DNA of 64,000 bases from Octopus vulgaris (Eukaryota): contig OX597825.1 in NCBI GenBank assembly GCA_951406725.2, forward strand, positions 10,602,001 through 10,666,000, in the 5' to 3' direction. The translations under genes and the position numbers were made by a program. Below the pieces are notes generated by a model. That model was not told the origin of the DNA, searched no databases, and was given only the letters and a program-made list of their open reading frames with translations. Shown piece by piece: positions 57,136-64,000 of this stretch. How positions within the stretch are numbered: the first letter of the stretch is position 1; the number at the start of each line of letters is the position of its first letter.

Positions 57136-57565
57136 AGGCGGTGAGCTGGCAGAAACGTTAGCACGCCGGGCGAAATGCATAGCGGTATTTCGTCTGCCGT
57201 TACGTTCTGAGTTCAAATTCCGCCGAGGTCGACTTTGCCTTTCATCCTCTCCGGGTCGTAAACCAAGTACCAGTTACGCACTGGGGTCGATCTAATCGAC
57301 TTAATTCCTTTGTCTGTCCTTGTTTGTTCCCTCTATGTTTAGCCCCTTGTGGGCAATAAAGAAATAAGAATCGTTAGCACGCCGGGCAAAATGGTTTGCG
57401 ACATGTCGTCCGTCTTGACGTTCTGGGTTCAAATTACACCGAGGTTGACTTTGCCTTTCATCCGTCTCGGGGTCGATAAAAAAAATACCAGTCAAGCACT
57501 GGGGTCGATGTAATTGACTTGCACCCTCCCTAGAAATCGCTGATCTTGTGCTAAAATTTGAATAC
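57136..57565 (+). mobile_element. SINE family A dimer
   Basis: The tail is joined to a second head at agaat|cgttagcacg. Confidence 0.8.
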
Positions 57566-57959
57566 AATAAGAATAAAGAACAACAAAATCACAAAAAAGG
57601 ATCCTCAAATAAGGAAGCACCAGATAGGAGATGATTCGGGACAACTTCCAATTGCTCTGACATAGTGCTTACTGCCCACCTATAATAGTATGGCTAGAGT
57701 ATGTCCATTTGGTTTCACCAATTTTGACATTCTCACCTACCTTTCATAAAATTTACGGAAGGCAGTAACTGCCTTTCTTAAGTAGAGTTTGGAAAAGTTG
57801 ATGAAAGCTTGGTCTCAGAGTTCTATCTCAAAGCATTTAACCGCATCATCAGTCAATTTTATTGTGCTTGACACAGGGCTGCAGGCTCGTCAAAGGGATG
57901 ATCTAAGGAAAGGCGTGTCGCATAGACGACAACTACACTTGTTCGCTGACCAAGAATTT

Positions 57960-58462
57960 ATTATTTCTTTACTACCCACAAGGGGCTACACACAGAGGGG
58001 ACAACAAGGATGAAAGGCAAAGTCGACCTCGGCGGAATTTGAACTCAGAACGTAGCGGCAGATGAAATACCTATTTCTTTACTACCCACAAGGGGCTAAA
58101 CACGGAGAGGACAGACAAGGACAGACAAACGGATTAAGTCGACCATATCGACCCTAGTGCGTAACTGGTACTTATTTAATCAACTCCGAAAGGATGAAAG
58201 GCAAAGTCGACCTCGGCGGAATTTGAACTCAGAACATAGCGCCAGACGAAATACCTATTTCTTTACTACCCACAAGGGGCTAAAAACAGAAGGGACAAAC
58301 AAGGACAGACAAACGGATTAAGTCGATTATATCGACCCCAGTGCGTAACTGGTAAAGAATGAAAGGCAAAGTCGACCTCGGCGGAATTTGAACTCAGAAC
58401 GTAACGGCAGACGAAATACCGCTAAGCATTTCGCCCGGGGCGCTAACGTTTCTGCCAACTCA
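57960..58462 (-). mobile_element. SINE family A trimer with a 14-bp TSD
   Basis: ctgaccaagaattt occurs at 57946-57959 and 58463-58476. Confidence 0.85.
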
Positions 58463-58788
58463 CTGACCAAGAATTTCTGCAAAGGTTGTGGCCTCTCAGC
58501 ATCAGCCTCTGTATCATCAACAACGTCGTCAAGAAAGCCCCAAAGAGTGACTACTGAAAACATGTTGGTCCCTCTGATCAGTGGAACCAGTCCGTTCTAC
58601 AAGAAACGAAAGATCACATCTTACAATCTGGTAACATGTTTCCTGGAACAAACAGATGCATGATACTCGGCTCGATCTTACGACAATGCCATTTACAGCA
58701 AACGGCATCTGCTACCAATATCTTGCAAGTGGGATTTCATAGACACAGACTGAGCAAGAATGTATCGCTTGTATGTGCGTGCACATGA

Positions 58789-58789
<1 letters not shown>

Positions 58790-58826
<37 letters not shown>

Positions 58827-58828
58827 AG

Positions 58829-58913
<85 letters not shown>

Positions 58914-58933
58914 TGTGAGTGTGTGTGTGTGTT

Positions 58934-58969
<36 letters not shown>

Positions 58970-58970
58970 G

Positions 58971-59007
<37 letters not shown>

Positions 59008-59013
59008 TGTGAG

Positions 59014-59061
<48 letters not shown>

Positions 59062-59105
59062 TGTGTGTGTGTGTGTGTGTGTGAGTGTGTGTGAGAGAGA
59101 GAGAG

Positions 59106-59187
<82 letters not shown>
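58790..59187. repeat. Compound (GT)n/(GA)n microsatellite with higher-order blocks
   Basis: Read directly from the sequence. Confidence 0.9.
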
Positions 59188-59188
<1 letters not shown>

Positions 59189-59531
59189 CAGCGTGCGTGT
59201 GTTTCTACGTGTATATCTTCCACCGATTTATATTCGCATAAGATCTTTAAAAAAAATCGATGCTTCACCGAACGTAATCGTCTCTCATAAACTTTAGAGG
59301 TTTCCTCGTTACTGCCTTCACCGTAAATGTAATGAACCAATGATTGATCTCTTAAAAACATGCAATCAACAGCGCGAGTGTTCACGAAATGTGATATAAA
59401 ATGTAAAATAAATTACAAAATAAATACGCTGTGGTAGTTAAGGTAATCGAATTAGGGACCCGTCTATCACCGATGAACAGATGAAGAGCTGACCCGCACC
59501 GGTTGGAGTGGAGGTTGTTGTGGTTACATCT

Positions 59532-59765
59532 AAGGTGGCGAGCTGGCAGAAACGTTAGCACGCCGGGTGAAATGCATAGCCGTATTTCGTCTGCCGTTAC
59601 GTTCTGGGTTCAAATTCCGCCGAGGTCGACTTTGCCTTTCATTCTTTCGGGGTCGATAAATTAAGTACCAGTTAAGCACTGGGGTCGATGTAATCGACTT
59701 AATCCGTTTGTCGGTCCTTGTTTGTCCCCTCTGTGTTTAGCCCCTTGTGGGTAGTAAAGAAATAT
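59532..59765 (+). mobile_element. SINE family A, full length
   Basis: Head, core and tail. Further copies lie at ~39855-40065, 44900-45112, 46448-46645, 60460-60650 and 61201-61520. Confidence 0.85.
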
Positions 59766-59926
59766 ATATCTACCGGGGAATAAATATAACTACCTTAGGT
59801 AAAGTAATACAGCTCAAATCATACTATGACAAATCACATCAGAAAGAGGGGCCACGAAAGATCGGAGTGTAAAGGCAACACAGCTCATTTTACAACCGAA
59901 CATAGATGAACAGTGAGCAATAAGCA

Positions 59927-60388
59927 AGATGGGCTATAGTAAATACTCTGCTCAATACCACAGATTTGCTTGTCCGTTGTTTGACCTTAACCAGTTGAGC
60001 ATGTCCTTTGGTGGCTGATGATATGTGCATCTCTGATCATGAGCAGAAGTAGTGGGGGAGCATCATAGCCATGTGTTGAAAGGAATTCTTGGAGGTTTGG
60101 ATAATTCACCTTCGGAAACATGGGCGTTTTGTTCAACATCCTTAAAAAATCCTTATTCAGGGACCTTTTGAGCGGGATGGGTTACTCGACCAGAAGAAAA
60201 TTCTAACTGGGCCCCACCTGCAAGGTCATGCGCTGTTTATCTTGATATTAGATCACCATGTTGCGCACATATGGTTGTGATGCATGTGTCTAGTGTACCC
60301 TTATCAGATGGGTAGTCATGATGAGTGTACTGGGCTTCGTATATTTTACCCCAGTGTCAGTTTGATGGCATGCACTGCTCTCTCACTC
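59927..60388 (+). mobile_element. (AAT)n-associated interspersed repeat (family D)
   Basis: Overlaps in reverse with 45470-45847 and 19010-19178. Ends in ctcactc(AAT)n. Confidence 0.75.
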
Positions 60389-60460
<72 letters not shown>

Positions 60461-61519
60461 CCTTTTTACTGTAGGCACAAGGGGCCTGAAATTTGTGGGG
60501 TGGGGCTAGTCGAATAACTGGTACTTATTTCATCGACCTCCTAAAGGATGATCTCGGCAAAGTCGATCTCGGCGGAATTTGAACTCAGAACGTAAAGACG
60601 GACGAAATACTGGCTACGCAGTTTGCCCAGCGTGCTAATGGTTCTGCTAACATTAATCTGTGTGGGTTATAATTAGAACAGCAAGCGTAAAAGACTAGAA
60701 AATGTCAAACAGATCGTGTTTTTACTTTTTGGAAACAAAAGATTTTTTACAGATTATAAATTGCAGGGGAAAACTAAAGCTAAAAATGAATGATACCCAA
60801 ACCGGTGAATCAAAAACGACATACCACAAAAAGAAATGTTTCCTAGAAAACTTAAAATTCAAGTCAAACAGACGAAGTTAAAATCACAAAAGAAATATCA
60901 TCAATCCAACGGGTAAAAAATTCGGGAGAGAACTCTGTTTAAATTTGCAAAGGAACCTCGACTGAGACGAAAAACAAAACCAAGTACAGCAACAGAAAAT
61001 GCCTGATTCGAGAATATCTTAAAACAAGAAAGTGAGGACTTTTTATTGAGAAACAGACTCAAAGGTTCGAAAACTAGTAAGGGTAAGTTTAGGAGAAAAA
61101 CTAAGTTAAAATAGAGAAAACTATGCAATACAGTTAAAGGACAACCGTGAAGTTTTGAGATGGATATATATTCTGTAAGTAATATTACAGCCAAGCTCTT
61201 AGGCAATGAGCTGACAGAATTGTTAGCCGGACAAAATGTTTGGCAACATTTTGTTCGTATTTATATTATATTCTGAGTTCAAATTCCGCTGATGTTGACT
61301 TTGCCTTTCATCCTTTCGGGGGTCACTAAAGTACCAGTTGTGTACTGCAGTCGATCTAATCGACTGGCCCCCACCTTCCCCAAAAGTTTCGAGCCTTGTA
61401 CCGAGAGTAGAAAAGAATCGTTAGCATGCCGGACAAAATGTTTGGCAACATTTCGTTCGTATTTATATTATATTCTGAGTTCAAATTCCGTCGATGTCGC
61501 CTTCGCCTTTCGTCCTTTC

Positions 61520-61660
61520 TTTTAGTTTCCGTCTACCAACTCCACTCGCAAGGCTTTGGTTGACCTGAGACTATAGTAGAAGACACCAGCCCAAGGTACC
61601 ATGCAGTAGGACTGAGCCTGTGGTTGGGAAACAGACTCCTTACCACAGAGCCATTCCTGC
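61520..61660 (-). mobile_element. SINE family B, 5' half
   Basis: Head and core in reverse. Confidence 0.7.
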
Positions 61661-62444
61661 GCGTATACACGCTTGTGTGTGTGCGCGCGCGTGTTTGTGT
61701 TAAATATATATAAAACAAATGAAAACAAAACCCGAACTATTATATTCTTCCACCATTCAGTCATATCGTCGAGATTACTATTTCACAATGTGTTGTAGAA
61801 AGTCATCCGGTACCACATCTTCAGAAGAGTAAAGTTTTTCATCCTTCCTATTTCCTTTTCTGAATGTGTGATACCGAATGACTTCACACAACACATTGTA
61901 TAATAAATTGCCTTCTCAACGGTATTACTTACTCTAACCTACGTATTGAAGTAATTAAATTGGTCGGCTTTGTTATTTAAATAACAATGTATTTTACTCT
62001 GTAATCATTTCAACGGGTACATCTTTGACAATGTGTATATAAACGCTAATATATTATTGAGGGTGTATTATTTGAGTGTAATGTGATACAATGAGCTCCA
62101 GACATATGACTGTGTGTCGTGCCTTGTAAATGCACAATAATAATATATAGATATGAATATTGGTTAGTTATAGGATTTATTAGAATGTTGTAGCATCGGC
62201 ACGTAGGATGCCATGACACTGAATTCACAGTGGGGTAAAAGCAACCATGAGGTGTGTGTGTTGGTACTGTACTGTATCTATGTATGTATGTATGTATGTA
62301 TGTATGTATGTATGTATGTATGTATGTATGTATGTATGTATGTATGTATGTATGTATGTATATAGTTTATATATATATATATATGTTATGATAGATCGTT
62401 AGCTCCTACACGCATTTTTTTCTCTCCTTGTTTTTTTCTGTGTA

Positions 62445-62482
62445 TCTTTCTGTCGAAGAGCGTAGGCTCGAAACGTAAAAGA
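62445..62482 (+). ncRNA. Minimal hammerhead-like fold (A6U core variant)
   Basis: TCTTT-CTGTCGA-A-GAGC(gtag)GCTC-GAAAC-GTA-AAAGA. Stems I and II are perfect. It sits in a ~190-bp unit between (TA)n tracts. Confidence 0.55.
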
Positions 62483-62570
62483 CTTTTTCTATTCCTGAGT
62501 GCTATACTAATACATTTGTTTGTTTGTACTCCACCTGCCTTCGTCTTTTGTTTATTTTCTTAAACTTTCC

Positions 62571-62647
<77 letters not shown>

Positions 62648-62658
62648 GACAGACAGGC

Positions 62659-62791
<133 letters not shown>

Positions 62792-63158
62792 CTGTTAAGA
62801 ATAAGAAACCACTAAACGATTACCAATATTTGATGTGAGACGAGATAGAAAAATGAAGTCAATTGACCATCATTAGGCTGCGAGACAAAACACACAACAC
62901 ACCGACGAAGAAATTTACTGCCATTTTCTTTTTTGTTTTCTTCTTTTGGTTTTTTTTTTTTGTTTGTTTTAATCTTAAGTAAAAGAAAAACAAACCTTTT
63001 CGTCGACTTCTTTATTTCTGTATTTCACACAACGTTTTCTTTTTTCTGCTTCATTGTTTTACACACACACACACACACACCAAACACCTACACACATGTA
63101 CACAAACACACACATCAGCATATATAAATATACACACATACGTATATGACTATGTATA

Positions 63159-63227
<69 letters not shown>

Positions 63228-63232
63228 GTATA

Positions 63233-63279
<47 letters not shown>

Positions 63280-63292
63280 GTATATATATATG

Positions 63293-63358
<66 letters not shown>

Positions 63359-63546
63359 TGTACATATATATATATATGTGCGTGTACATATATATATATA
63401 TATACTTTATCAAAATGCACCAAAAATATCACAAAAACTATTACTCAGTTCACACACACGCACACGCACTTATATATATATACACATATATATATATCTA
63501 TATATGTATATATATATATACATACATACATATATATATAAAATAC

Positions 63547-63622
<76 letters not shown>

Positions 63623-64000
63623 ATACATACATACATACATACATACATACATACACATATGTATAAATAAATATATATATTTATATAGAGAGACAGACAG
63701 ACAGATAGCAAATATATATAATAAATAAATATATATAAAGTATGAAACATTTTGTGTGTTTGTGTGTGCATGTATGTATATATATACATATGTACATACA
63801 TCATATATTAGTTAATTGTTCCTGATAAGAATTAATGGTAAAGAAACCAGGAATAATTATTATTTCTGTTCTTCATGATTTCTTACCAAATCAAAGAGTT
63901 TTGTTTGACCTTACCAAATACAGTTTTTAGAAGAAGATGATGGTGGTGGTGGTGGTGAAAATGGTGATGGTCATTAATGATGATGATGACGACGATGATG

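Noticed and set aside
57600-58760. Possible L1/Tx1-like RT relic around the SINE trimer (KAFNRI, KGCGLS)
   Set aside because: The motifs are too short and degraded to support without a profile search.

Overview
This is AT-rich eukaryotic DNA saturated with microsatellites. The SINE families and repeat landscape suggest an octopus-like cephalopod genome (inference). Only one host coding exon is supported: the last exon (47911-48622, +) of a class A peptide GPCR, trissin-receptor-like, whose TM1-3 exon(s) were not found in the window. Almost all other listed ORFs are microsatellite or SINE artefacts. The rest is mobile-element debris: several tRNA-derived SINE families (some multimeric or with swapped tails), mariner, Merlin, Tigger-, hAT- and piggyBac-like MITEs, two Helitrons, and RTE, CRE and R4/Dong-like LINE remnants. 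The main unexplained signal is a dispersed set of minimal type I hammerhead-ribozyme folds (C[T/C]GANGA...GAAAC-palindrome-GTH). They sit in short non-coding units inside (TA)n/(CATA)n tracts, often as mirror-image pairs in long inverted repeats, and resemble Penelope-like pseudo-LTRs or retrozymes. Several fold-back palindromes centred on (TA)n are also present. All structure calls were made by eye and coordinates of degraded elements are approximate.
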